DNA of 64,000 nt, taken from contig OX597827.1 in assembly GCA_951406725.2 (NCBI GenBank), positions 69,564,001 to 69,628,000 on the forward strand, written 5' to 3'. Position numbers and translations under genes: made by a program. A model generated the notes under the pieces. That model was not told where the DNA came from. It ran no database searches and saw only the letters and a list, made by a program, of their open reading frames with translations. The stretch comes from Octopus vulgaris (lineage: Eukaryota). Below are positions 12,263 through 24,710 of the stretch, piece by piece. Each line of letters begins with the position of its first letter. Within the stretch, counting starts at the first letter, position 1.

Positions 12263-12600
12263 AGGGGTAAAGAACTCCCTTCAATCATGACTGACCATGG
12301 AACTGCACCTAGAAAGTTCCCCTCAGAGGCACAAGTCCAGGCAAGGTTTTTATGGAAAACCAGCAATCGCCCATGCATACCAGCCCCCCCCTCCGCTGAT
12401 GTAGTCCAGGGGAAAGGCAAAGGGGCCGATACAGCTTGGCAGCAGTGACATTACAACTCATGTCTACAGCTGAGTGAACTGGAACAACGTGGAACAAAGT
12501 GTCTTGCTCAAGAACACAACGCACACCCTGGTCCGAGAATCGAACTCATTACCCCATGATTGTGTGTCCTACGCTATATCCATTGAGCCATGCACCTTCA
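12263..12600 (-). mobile_element. SINE family D (tRNA head)
   Basis: Minus-strand head TGAAGGTGCATGGCTCAATGG...GAGTTCGATTCTC...TCTTGAGCAAGACACTT; the body recurs at 9025-9195. Confidence 0.7.
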
Positions 12601-12624
12601 CACACACACACACACACTCATAAA

Positions 12625-12990
12625 ATCTCTTTTATATTTTACTTGTTTCAGTCATTGGCCTGTGGCAATGCTGAGATACCACCTTGAAGAGTTTTAGGAG
12701 AAAAAAACCCAACTCCAGTAACTGTTTTTAAAACTTGGCATATATTCTATCTTTATTTTGCCAAACCGCAAACTTACGGGACGTAAACAAACCAGCAATA
12801 GTTGTCGATCGGTGGAAGGGGACAAACACAAAGACACACACACATATGATGGGCAACTTTCGGGTTCAGCCAGACAAAGCGCACTTACAAAGTATTGGTC
12901 GGCCGTAGGCTATAGAAGACACTTTGCCCAGATGCCACGCAGTGGGACTGAACCCGGAACCATGTGGTTGGGAAGCAAACTTCTTACCAT
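12625..12990 (-). mobile_element. SINE family B, diverged
   Basis: Tail TTTTACTTGTTTCAGTCATT and head GGGACTGAACCCGGAACCATGTGG. Confidence 0.7.
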
Positions 12991-13380
12991 ACAGTATACA
13001 CACACTATTTACTCGAGTACAATGCAATCCCGAATAGAATGCAATCTCACCTTTGTTGTACATTAGAAAAATCTAATGTATTTTATTGTGTACGCTCAGA
13101 TCATTCTTACAATCTGACCTGGGCACAGTGCAGCAATGAACTGCTGACTGGAAACCCAAGCTGGCTGTAGACAAGCTCAATACTACATAGTGTGGTGATT
13201 ATTCTCCAAAGTAGAATTCGAGATCCACGTCGATTGGATTTGTTTATTCGCGGGGTTACCGATTTATGTAGTGGTTATATATATATATATAGTCAGTACA
13301 AGGTGTTAATATGGCTGCGTGTATATTATTAGAAGAGTTCATGTAGAGATGAAGAATAAATTCAAAACCTCTCTTTATTC

Positions 13381-13582
13381 TCTTTTACTTGTTTCAATCA
13401 TTTGACTGTGGCCATGCTGGAGCACCGCCATTAGTCGAGCAAATCGACCCCCAGGACTTATTCTTTGTAAGCCTAGTACTTATTGCATCGGTCTCTTTTG
13501 CCGAACCGCTAAGTTACGATTTGTTCGACTAAAGGTGGTGCTCCAACAAGGCAGCAGTCAAATGACTGAAACAAGTAAAAGA
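13381..13582. mobile_element. Two SINE B tails in inverted orientation
   Basis: 13381-13446 is the imperfect reverse complement of 13517-13582. Confidence 0.75.
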
Positions 13583-13594
13583 ATAAACCGTAAG

Positions 13595-14108
13595 AAGCCT
13601 ACTGGTGAACGTGACCTAGGCAGTATTGCGAAAAATTATCTACGTTGGAAAAACCACATTTCTAAAATAGTTATAAAGGTCGGCGATGTTTTAGTAACAC
13701 ATCTGTGTCACCACCAATTTATTTAAAGCTATATATTACTGTGGTAGTACACATTTCGAGTTTGCTTTTCCGGTTTGGAACCTCCATCTTATCTAAAATA
13801 TCGATCTCTTGGAGGCCGTCCAGAAACGTACAATTAGGCGAATGCCCTCCATCATTCGATTACCATATCTTGAACGTCTTGCTTTTCTGGGCATCAACAC
13901 ATTAAAGCTTCAATGTCAAACAACTGCTTTTGTAGAAGCCAACAAGAATATCCACTATCTCTCCAACAACTTAGGCCACCGTTTTGGAGTATAAATATTA
14001 TATTAACTCCCGGACATGCATTAAAACAACGGAGTTCCCATAACTTTTTGTTCACGGCCAGAATCGCCGAAGCATGGAAATAACTACCAGCACTAGTTGT
14101 TAGCTGTC
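13595..14108 (+). pseudogene. Degraded CR1-group LINE, RT C-terminal region
   Basis: Peptides ERDLGSI..YLRWKNHISKIV and LEAVQKRTIRRMPSI..LPYLERLAFLGINTL are typical of CR1/L2-group ORF2 3' ends; frameshifted. Confidence 0.7.
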
Positions 14109-14136
14109 AGCAGTGGTGGACTAGGTCTAAAAATAT

Positions 14137-14497
14137 TTATTTCCTTATTGCCCACAAGGGGCTAAACATAGAGGGGAACAACACAAAGGGATTAAGTCGA
14201 GTATATCGACCCCAGTGCGTAACTGGTACTTATTTAATCAACCCCGAAAGGATGAAAGGCAAAGTCGACCTCGGCGGAATTTGAACTCAGAACGTAGCGG
14301 CAGACGAAATACCTATTTCTTTATTACTCACAAGGGGCTAAACAAAGAGGGGACAAACAAGGACAGACAAACGGATTTAGTCGATTATATCGACCCCAGT
14401 GCGTAACTGGTACTTATTTAATCGACCCCGAAAGGATGAAAGGCAAAGTCAACCTCGGCGGAATTTGAACTCAGAACGCCCGGCATGCTAACGGTTC
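14137..14497 (-). mobile_element. SINE A dimer
   Basis: Two units joined by GACGAAATACCTATTTCTTTA. Confidence 0.85.
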
Positions 14498-14749
14498 TCA
14501 TATACGCACGATGGAGCCTCTACGTGGTCACTCAATTTGCTAGAAATAGCAGCTAAATCTTTCTTCTCTCACAAAAAAAAAAGTTGCATCTCCCCATCAG
14601 TGCGGTCTTCAGGTAAGGCTTGGGCCCACAGCAATCAGTTACTTGGAACCCCAGAAGTTCTAAAGAGGCCCCAATACTAATAACTGCGGATATTCTGGAT
14701 TGTTGACAATAAACAGAGTCACCAACCTACGCCTTTCTATATATGAAAT

Positions 14750-14889
14750 GTCGACTTTGCCTTTCATCCTTTCGGGGTCGATTAAATAAGTACCAGTTAC
14801 GCACTGGGGTCGATATAATCGACTTAATCCGTTTGTCTGTCCTTGTTTGTCCCCTCTGTGTGTAGCCCCTTTTGGGCAGTAAAGAAATA
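14750..14889 (+). mobile_element. SINE A, 5'-truncated
   Basis: GTCGACTTTGCCTTTCATCC through TAAAGAAATA. Confidence 0.85.
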
Positions 14890-14894
14890 AGAAA

Positions 14895-15447
14895 TATGAT
14901 CAAATGGTATCAATGGAAATAGTAGTTGTGATACCTGTGCCGGTGGCACATAAAAGGCACCATCCGAACGTGACCGATGCCAGCGCCTCCTCGACTGGCT
15001 TCCGTGCCGGGGGCACATAAAAAGCACCATCCGAACGTGGCCGATGCCAGCGCCGCCTCGACTGGCTTCAGTGCCGGTGGCACATAAAAAGCACCATCCG
15101 ATCGTGGCCGATGCCAGACTCCCCTGGGCTTCCGTGCCGGGGGCACATAAAAAGCACCATCCGAACGTGGCCGATGCCAGCGCCGCCTCGACTGGCTTCA
15201 GTGCCGGTGGCACGTTAAAAGCACCAACCGATCGTGGCCGATGCCAGACTCCCCTGGCACCTGTGCCGGTGACACGTTAAAATCACCCACTACACTCGCG
15301 GAGTGGTTGGCGTTAGGAAGGGCATCCAGCCGTAGAAACACTGCCAGATCAGACTGGAGCCTGGTGCAGCCTCCTGGCTTCCCAGACCCCGGTCGAACCG
15401 TCCAACCCATGCTAGCATGGAAAACGGACGTTAAACGATGATGATGG
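14895..15447 (+). mobile_element. SINE-like retroposon with internal tandem array and (GAT)n tail
   Basis: Tandem GC-rich units, then TGGCGTTAGGAAGGGCATCCAGC...AACCCATGCTAGCATGGAAAACGGACGTTAAACGATGATG. The 3' part recurs at 17940-18092. Confidence 0.7.
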
Positions 15448-15958
15448 TATTCTAGCCGTGACCATCCGTATTTTTTTTTAATTCTTCAGCCTAGGTGTAG
15501 AGAACCCAGAATCACACAATCCAGCCTGTCCTTTACTAAGACAATGGGGAGGAAGAGTGGTCTGAGAGCGATTTGGTTGCTTTTTCTAGCAGAGCGAGCG
15601 AGTACCAGCCAGGCTCTCTCTTTGTTTAATTGTTTATCTGAGTGCGTGCGAGGTCTATATAGTGTGTGTGTGTGTGCATGAAACTATGCACAAGTGTATG
15701 AGAGAGAGAGTGAGTGAGTGAGTGAGAGAGAGTGTGTGTGTGTGTGTGCATGAGACTACATGTACAAGTGTACGAAAGTGTGTGTGTGTGAGTGTGCGTG
15801 TGACTATATGTACAAGTGTATGAGAATGTGTACGTATGTATGCGCATGTGTACGAGTGTGTGTGAGTGCATGTGCGATGTGTATGTGCAAGTACGTTTGT
15901 GTGTGTGTGGCGGTGGGTTAGTGTGAGCATGTGTGTGAGTGTGGTCTGCGTATGAGTG

Positions 15959-16005
<47 letters not shown>

Positions 16006-16239
16006 CAGCCAGCTGGAGAGAAAACTGTGTAGACAAAGAAATCTCGGCGTAGAGGAAAAAAAAAATGTACAGACCAACAAACACGCGAAACCCCACCACC
16101 ACCATCATCATCACCAAAAAAAAAGCAACAAAATAATAACAAAAGCAATGTGAAGTAGGAAGGAGTGCTATAGCTTGAAGAGTGTTTATAATTATGTACA
16201 CCACACGCACTTGTGTTTGTGTGTGGTGTACACTTGTGA

Positions 16240-16306
16240 GTGTGTGCGTGTATATATATGTATATATATATATATATAATATATATATATACACACACAT
16301 ATATAT

Positions 16307-16340
<34 letters not shown>

Positions 16341-16362
16341 GTATATATATACACACACACAC

Positions 16363-16393
<31 letters not shown>

Positions 16394-16610
16394 TATATAT
16401 ACACACACACACACACACATATATATATACACACACACACATATATACATATATATATACACACACACAAATATATACATATATATATACACACACACAC
16501 ACACATATATATATACACACACACACATATATATATATACACACACACACATATATACACACACACATATATACACACACACACACATACACACATATAT
16601 ATATATATTC
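16240..16610. repeat. (TA)n/(CA)n alternating compound microsatellite
   Basis: Read directly from the sequence. Confidence 0.95.
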
Positions 16611-16689
16611 CATATACACAAAATACAAAGGTTGAAATACTACAGAACAGAAAACAATATATCTGAATTACGAGAGAGACACGGACTAT

Positions 16690-16722
<33 letters not shown>

Positions 16723-17085
16723 ATATATACAACACACGATATTAGTAGAACAAAGACCTCAATAGACGAGAGTGTGTGTATATGTGTGTGTGTGTGAGTG
16801 TATAGGGTTATAATCCAAGTTGTGTCCTCTCGAAGCACATCTGCTCGTTAACTATTTATAAACAAAGGCTTCGACATCCAGATGTGAATTCTTGTGTTAT
16901 TCGATTCTTTGTCTGAAGAATTTTCTAATGGGTTGATGATATCTTACATGTTTCTTTCTCTCCCAGGTGTACACTTTTGTAACTCCTATCAGTAAACGAA
17001 ACATGTGTAATGGTGACTAACACCAAAACCCAAAACTTCCCCCCCCCCAATTTCCTGTTTACATATAAATATAATATATATCAAT

Positions 17086-17294
17086 ACTCTTTACTCTCTT
17101 ACTTGTTTCAGTCATTTGACTGCGGCCATGCTGTAGCACCACCTTTTAGTCGAGGAAATCGACCCCAGGACTTATTCTTTGAAAGCCTAGTTCCTATTCT
17201 ATTGGTGTCTTTTGCCGAACCACTAAGTTACGGGGACGTACATACACCAGCATCGGTCGTCAAGCGATGTTGGGGGAGACAAACACAGACACAG

Positions 17295-17361
<67 letters not shown>

Positions 17362-17535
17362 CACACACACATATATACAACAAGCTTCTTTCAGTTTCTG
17401 TCTACCAAATCCACTCACAAGGCTTTGGTTGGCCCAAGGCTATAGTAGAAGACACTTGCCCAAGGTGCCACACAGTGGGACTGAACCCAGAACCATGTGG
17501 TTGGTAAGCAACCTACTTACCACACAGCCACTCCT
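17086..17535 (-). mobile_element. SINE family B
   Basis: Full tail-to-head match to family B. Confidence 0.9.
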
Positions 17536-17694
17536 GGCTGTAATTATAAGGATCTAAGTATAGGAAGTTTGTAAGCTTCAAGCAGTCCGTGGTAGGTATA
17601 AAAAAACAACATTGAATAATAACGATAATAATTTATTGGCGTCAAAAGTTGTAGGCTCCTCCCATATCGAAGTTTGATAACCTGAAAAGGTTTC

Positions 17695-18920
17695 GGAACC
17701 AGTACAGTATGCGGTCTACCATGGTATCAAACAAGGTTATCTACCTTATCTTTCAGATATTTCAGAGATTAAAAAACTTCAGATATTTCAGAGATCATTT
17801 TTTTCAGAATCATAGTTTTAGCATCTAACCATGATCATTCAATGGCCTGAATGTGTGCTTGGGTCACTGGATTCACGTAATGTTGTTGATGGGTCACTGT
17901 CAGATGGTGATAAGCTATGGCATTTAAATCATTATAATCAGGCGTTAGGAAGGGCATCCAGCAGTAGAAACTCTGCCAGATCAAGACTGGAGCCTGGTGC
18001 AACCATCTGGTTCGCCAGCCCTCAGTCTAATTATCCAACCCATGCTAGCATGGAAAGCGGATGTTAAACGATGATGATGATGATGATGATGAGGCCACTC
18101 ATCTGAATGAGTGAACCTTTTCACATTCTCTTTCAATAATTGGGATCAGATTGTTCCCGTCGTGCCGTTCCATACAAAGCTATCGACAGCCTTAACCCTT
18201 TAGTGTTCACATTATTCTGCCAAAACTAATGCTTTTTTATCCACATTGTTTTGAACTAATCATGCATTATCTTGTAGTTATGAGATTTCGATGAGATAGC
18301 TGTTAATTTTTAAAACGATATTGTAGGGTTGGTGTGAGAGACCAGATCTGGTCAGTTTGAACATAAAACAGGCAGAATACTTTTGGCTGGATATGGCCAG
18401 TTTAAATGCTCATGGGTTAAATGTTGGACTGTAGTCTGAGCCTTGTGTAAGACCAAAGAACCCACGTCCCATCAATTCTACGTCCATGGTTCCTGTTGTT
18501 TCATTGTTCTGCATTACTGTCTTCGAAGAGAGGAACCTTGTCACCATTCAGCATTCTTCCTCAATTGTATTTTCGTCAACCAGCAAACCTTACTTTGTCG
18601 ATCTGAATGGGGTTATCGTTTGTTCCAACCATCTTCCCTCATCGTACATGATAAACTATGGCTCCGCACACCTCGTGGCACATACTGTACCATTCAGTTA
18701 TTGTATTTGTAGATCTTCCTGTTAGAGTCACTGCTATGGTCAAGGGTGTATCCATGACAAAGAAAAATCTAAAACTTCCCTCAGGCTTAGTTTGCAGTTT
18801 AATTTGTTGTTAATGTCTGTATAATAGAAAAATTGGTTTCCTTTCAAACTGAACATTTAAGATAGATAACCCAGGCTATACTGTTTGACAATGTGGTAGA
18901 CCGCATACTGTACTAGCACC
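17695..18920 (-). mobile_element. Merlin (ISXO2/IS1016-like) DNA transposon relic
   Basis: TIRs GGAACCAGTACAGTATGCGGTCTACCA and rc GGTGCTAGTACAGTATGCGGTCTACCA have GGNRM termini. Minus translation at ~18450-18700 gives EWYSMCHEVC...IQIDKVRFAG*RKYN*GR...GRRIDGTWV. Confidence 0.8.
18196..18416. mobile_element. piggyBac-like MITE
   Basis: TTAA|CCCTTTAG...CATGGG|TTAA. Confidence 0.75.
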
Positions 18921-19074
18921 AAAGTGGTATTGCGTATGTCTTTACGTTCTGAGTTCAAATGCCACCAAGGTCGACTTTGTCTTTCATTCTTTTGGAGTGG
19001 GTACAATCAAGTACTGGAGTCAATGTAATAGACTTACCCTTCACCTCAAAAATTGCTGGCATAGTGCCAAAATT

Positions 19075-19500
19075 TTATTATTATCATTGAGTGAGAGAGC
19101 AGTGCATGCCATCAAGGTGACACTGGGGTAAAATATATGAAGCCCAGTATACCCATCATAACTACCTGTCTGATAAGGGTACACCAGGCACATGCATCAC
19201 AACCATAAGTGTGCAACATGGTGATCTCATATCAAGATAAACAGCACATGACCTTGCAGGTGGGCCCAGTTAGAATTTTCTTCTGGTCGAGTAACCCACC
19301 CCGCTCAAAAGGTCCTTGAATAAGGGTTGTTTAAGGATGTTGAATGAAACACCCATGTTTCCAGAGATGAATTATTCAAACCTCAAAGAATTCCTCTCAA
19401 CACTCCCCCACTACTTCTGCTCAAATCGTCAGCCACTAAGGGATATGCTCAACTGGTTAAAGTCAAACAACTGACAAGCAAATCTGTGGTATTGAGCAAT
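19075..19500 (-). repeat. Probable 3' end of a non-LTR element with (TAA)n tail
   Basis: The minus strand ends CTCTCTCACTCAATGATAATAATAA; only one copy in this window. Confidence 0.35.
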
Positions 19501-20262
19501 TATTATTATTATTATTATTGAAGGTAGTAGATGGTCGGCCCTCATCTGGGATGCTACATGCTGCAACACCGTCTACAGTAGTAACCTGATGTATTCAGCT
19601 GCCAGGGCAGGTATCATTGTTCGTCAAGCCAAGAAGGGAAAAATGTCAAAGTATTGGCCACTCTCTGTCAGATTTGTCATTGAGCTTGAAGCAGTGGAGA
19701 CCTCTGGTGTTCTTGGCCTCCCCAAACTGCAACACTGCTCACTGCTATCAGGACAGAAATGGTTATCTGCAAGTGCAAGCCCCATGAGTTGGAGGGGGCC
19801 ATTCCAGTACATCTCTTCCATCCTCCTCTGGGGCAATACCTTCTCCATTTTGTCTCCCACGACTATAAGGTGAACTGAGACAAGTGCTATGGCACACTAA
19901 ATGGCAGTGTTTACCAAGAGTTTAGTGTACACTAATTCCAAGGCGTAGTCTTCAACTCTTGAAAGAGCATTGGTAACAATAATAATAATAATAATGGTAA
20001 TATCTAACTTTGATACAATGCCACAATTGTTTGTCATGACAATGTTAGTCTCCTGTTGTCTGAGAAAGACAGTTTTGAGACAGATAGATAGAGATATAGA
20101 TAGTTAGATAGATAGATAGATAGATAAATAGATATATAGATAGATAGAGATAGATATAGAGAGAGATATAGAAAGATAGATAGATAGATACAGATATAGC
20201 TAGATAGATATATAGATAGATAGATAGATAGATATAGATATATAGATAGATATAGACAGATA

Positions 20263-20295
<33 letters not shown>

Positions 20296-21195
20296 GTAAA
20301 AATATACCAACTGGGACAAGAACACAAAACATTTAGAAGACGATACAAAAAACACGGACAGGACATTCGAAGCCTTCAATCTTCAGTCAAGAACCGGATC
20401 ATCCTTGCAATTTCGGCTGATAGATAGATAGAGAACTAGAAAGATAGAGATATAGATAAGATAGAGAGAGAGTTAGATAGATAGAGAAAGAAATAGAGAG
20501 AGAGAGAGAGAGAGAGAGAGTTAGATAGATAGAGAAATAGAGAGATAAAGAAAGAGATAGAGAGAGGGAGAGAGAGTGTCCTTTGTTATTTGTTAGATCA
20601 GTCAGTGTACTTGTTGTTCAATATGAAAACTAGGTAAACGAACTTGTATATACATGTGTGTTAGCATAAATAAACAACAGCCCATATTGCTTATGGTAAC
20701 AGTATACAACAATAACCACAACAAAAACTACTGATACAGAGGCATCAAAATCTAGAGCTTGTAAGTAAAAGCAAAAAAGAAAAAAAAAATGATCTTGCTG
20801 GTTTTAATTGTAAGCAAGTTCATAAATATTGATTTCATCTTTAACCTGTTTCAGTCAGTGGACTGCGGGCTATGCCAGGGCACCAAACCCAAAGGGTTTA
20901 GTTAAAGCAGATTAAACCCAGCAGGATTTTTTTTTTTTTTTAAGCTGGGTGTTTTATGTTATTGGCCTCTTTTTGCCAAACTGCCAGTTGTCAAGCAGTG
21001 GGGAGAAGACACACACACACACACACACACACATACATATGCTGAGCTTCTTTCAGTTTTGTACCAAATCCACTCAGAAGATTTTGATTGACCTGGGAGC
21101 TGTCCTAAGTGCTGCACAATGGGACTGAACCTGCGATCATGTGGTTGGGAAGCAAATTTCTTACCACACAGCCACACCTACACCTACAGTATTAA

Positions 21196-21412
21196 CTCTT
21201 TTGATACCAACTCTGAAACCGGTTCTGGCACTGAGTACAAATGTCTTCTTTTCATAAGTTTCGAATAAAAATCTTTCACCAGACTTTAGTCACAATTTAT
21301 GTTCCTAACACTAGCTGAATGACAACTAAGTTACTTTACTAAATTCTTTGTTATATTTAAAGTAATTGAAAGAAACACAGAACATCTCAAAATAAATACA
21401 GTAACAAAAGGG
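21196..21412. mobile_element. piggyBac-like MITE, copy 1
   Basis: TTAA|CTCTTTTGATACC...GTAACAAAAGGG|TTAA. Confidence 0.8.
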
Positions 21413-21443
21413 TTAAAATATATAATAGAGAAACAATTCTTAA

Positions 21444-21646
21444 CCCTTTTGATACCAACCTGGCTGAAACCAGCTCTGGCTCTGAGTATAAATTTTGAAT
21501 TAAAATCTTCCACCAAACATTAGTCACAATTTATGTTCCTAACACTAGCTTAATAATAACTAAGTCACTTTACTAAGTTCTTTGTTATATTCAAAGTAAC
21601 TGAAAGAAACACAGAGCATCTCAAGATAAATACAGTAATGAAAGGG
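21444..21646. mobile_element. piggyBac-like MITE, copy 2
   Basis: TTAA|CCCTTTTGATACC...GTAATGAAAGGG|TTAA; similar to copy 1. Confidence 0.85.
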
Positions 21647-21897
21647 TTAAATAAACAAGTGTAGACATATTCTCATATAAACTAAGACAACTTTGGAGGA
21701 CCAAATATTCCATGTGAAATGCAGCATAAATTGTAAAGATGGAGACAACGTCTGAAAATGTCCTCTAGGTCTTTGCTCAAGTAAACTAATCAACCATGCA
21801 CAGTTGGGTTCACATGAGATCATCAGGAAGTGAGTGTTTCTTGAGAAATTCCCTGGCATTCATTTCTCTTTTGAGCCCTTGGCTCGAAACCATACAG

Positions 21898-21960
21898 CAT
21901 TGGTTCCCAGCCTTTTTCGCATCACAGACTGGTTTCACGCAGGACAATATTTTCATGGAC
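21898..21960 (+). mobile_element. hAT/Charlie-like terminal fragment
   Basis: CATTGGTTCCCAGCCTTTTT...GACTGGTTTC...GACAATATTTTCATGGAC resembles MER1/Charlie left ends (recalled, not aligned). Confidence 0.4.
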
Positions 21961-22181
21961 TGAGAGTTCCTGCACATAACAGAAACACAATAAAATGCTT
22001 AATATATGAATTAGGTGCAGGTTTGGGCTGTGTGGTAAGAAGCTTGCTTCCCAACCAAATGATACTGGGTTCGGGCCCACTGCGTGGCACCTTGGGCAAA
22101 TGTCTTCTACTATAGCCTTGAGCTGACCAAAGCCTTGTGAGTGGATTTGGTAGATGGAAACTGAAAGAAGCCCAACATATA

Positions 22182-22230
<49 letters not shown>

Positions 22231-23319
22231 ATGATGTATTTATGTGCGAGTCTGTGCTTGACCCCTCCTCCCACCCTGAATCCCCACTGTTTGGTAACCA
22301 GTGTTGCTATATTCTTTTATTTGTTTCAGTCATTTGACTGCGACTATACTGGAGCAACACCTTTAGTTGAACAAATGAACCCCAGCTAGTCCTATCAATC
22401 AGTTTCGCACAAAAAATACAATGGAGTGTTAGGCAACAGACCAATTACATAAATACGCTCGTCAGAGGTAGCCAACATGGATGGGAATATGGCGGACTGT
22501 TCTCCACTGGATTTCCAACTGTTAGCACTAGAGATCAGTCGCCATGTTCCCTTCCATGCCGGCTACTTCTAATGAGCGTATTTTTTTTATATAAGTGGTT
22601 TGTTGCTGTGATGGATACTTAATACTACAAAATTCAGATAATATACCTACTCTACTAACAGTTATACGAGTGCACCTTCTCCCTGACTTATGGTCTATTG
22701 GACAACTGAAACACATATATATATATGTGCACGCAAGCACGCACGTAAATTGTGTGCTAAGAAGAGAAAGGAACGGCCGAACTCATAAGCAGCAAACATT
22801 TAATCTGATCCACAACCACAGCTGACACCACACCACATAATCGACATAACTACTATATATAATACGACAAATTTATAGAGAGAAAGGAAAGAACTATCGG
22901 TTACTGACCCCCGCCGTAATATTATTTGACTGGTATGGTATTATCGCGTCGGGGTAGGGCGAAACTAACTGAAACTCATTTGAATGAATTCAAGGCGAAA
23001 CAACAATAATAAAAAAAATTCTATAGATTCTGGCAGTTTACCGATTCTACCAGCAACAAAATCATTTATAAGACCAATAAAGATTATCTTCTATATTTTA
23101 TTTGTTTCGGTCATCAGACTGCAGCCATGCTGGGGCACTGCTCTGAAGAATTTTAGGCGAACGAATGAACCTTAGTACTAAATTTCTTTTCATAGCCTGG
23201 TTGCTATCCCATTCGCCTCCGTTGACCGAACCGCTAACACCAGTGCTGGGGCACAAACACGGATATATGTAGACGACATGTTTCTTCCAGTTTCCGTCCA
23301 CCAAATCCACTCACAAAGC

Positions 23320-23450
23320 CAGGGCCGTCGTAACAGGTTTACAGCAACGGGCCCTGTAATATTTATTGACAGTAAGCTACAGTAAATACAGATCAGAATT
23401 GGGTCTCTAAACCTGTGAGGCCTCCAGGGGACAGACCAGTGTACCCACTG
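23320..23450. mobile_element. hAT-like MITE nested in SINE B
   Basis: CAG...CTG ends with an 8-bp TSD CACAAAGC/CACAAAAC; interrupts SINE B at 23085-23560. Confidence 0.65.
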
Positions 23451-24678
23451 CACAAAACTCTGGTCGGTCTGGGGCTATAGTTGAAGACACTTGCCCAAGG
23501 TGCCAAGCAGTGGGACTGAACCCGAAGCAAGCTTCTTTCCACAAAGCTAGCCCTGTACCTAGTTTATTATTAACTTAAACGATCTTTTTCTAACTTTGGA
23601 ACAAGACCAGCAGCAATTTTGATGGAAGAGGGCAAGTACTTCTATGTAGGTACAAATAAGAGACGAGTCAGAGAGGGAGCCCCTAAGTCGTCATGCACGG
23701 GCAAACTGCAGTCCGCGGGACTTATTGGGTGGCACACCTAACAAAGAAAAATTACCAGGGATATTTTCAGAAGTGCGGTCCCTTTGATGATGAACCATGC
23801 CTCGAAAAAGATTACCCATACCTATTTCTTTATTACCCACAAGGGGCTAAACACAGCGGGGACAAACAAGGACAGACATAGGTATTAAGTCGATTACATC
23901 GACCCCAGTGCGTAACTGGTACTTAATTTATCGACCCCGAAAGGATGAAAGGCAAAGTACCTGCTCTACGTTGCTTACTCGACCTGCTAGAAATAATAAC
24001 CAATCCGCGCCCCCCACCACTACCACCTTCACAAAAATCACACCATACAGTAAAAAGAACACAACAAACAAAGAAAGATCCCTTTGAATAAAATATTCCC
24101 AGAAACACTCCACCCTAAAAAAGGAAAAAAAAAAACAATAACAAAAAACAATGAAAGCAAAAAAAAAAAAAAAATCCCAAACTAAGATGGTCACAGCTGG
24201 AGTGCCTTTCAACGTGGGTCTCTTTGATCTGAATGGACTTAGAGGTGAGCAACTGACTGAAAAAGCAGATGAACAAAAGACAGTGACTAAACTGATGACG
24301 ATGATGATGATGATGATGACGATCATAGTTGAAAACAGTGTTTTCAGAATCTGTATGAAGAAGACTGTTGATAAAGGATTATGCAATATTCATGCCGTTC
24401 TCAAAAGCTTCATACAATTATCAATGACTAAGATTTTTTTTTTTTACTTTAAAATAAACATTATTTACATATAATGCTGACGCACACACGTACACACATA
24501 ATGGAGATACTGTTTCAATCATATATATATAAATATATATATAAATATGTATGTGTATATACATATATGAAAGTATATATATGTGTGTAAAATGACTAAC
24601 ACAAGATTATTTTATATATGTAGATACATTCATACACACACACACACTGAGTAGGTATGAGTGTGTACATATGTGTAA

Positions 24679-24710
<32 letters not shown>

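Noticed and set aside
14937-15285. CRISPR-like look of regularly spaced palindromic repeats
   Set aside because: The intervening sequences are themselves repeated, there are no cas genes, and the context is a eukaryotic retroposon.
19589-19873. Overlapping ORFs in a moderately GC-rich unique stretch
   Set aside because: No domain motif or splice boundaries recognised; probably an old unclassified relic.
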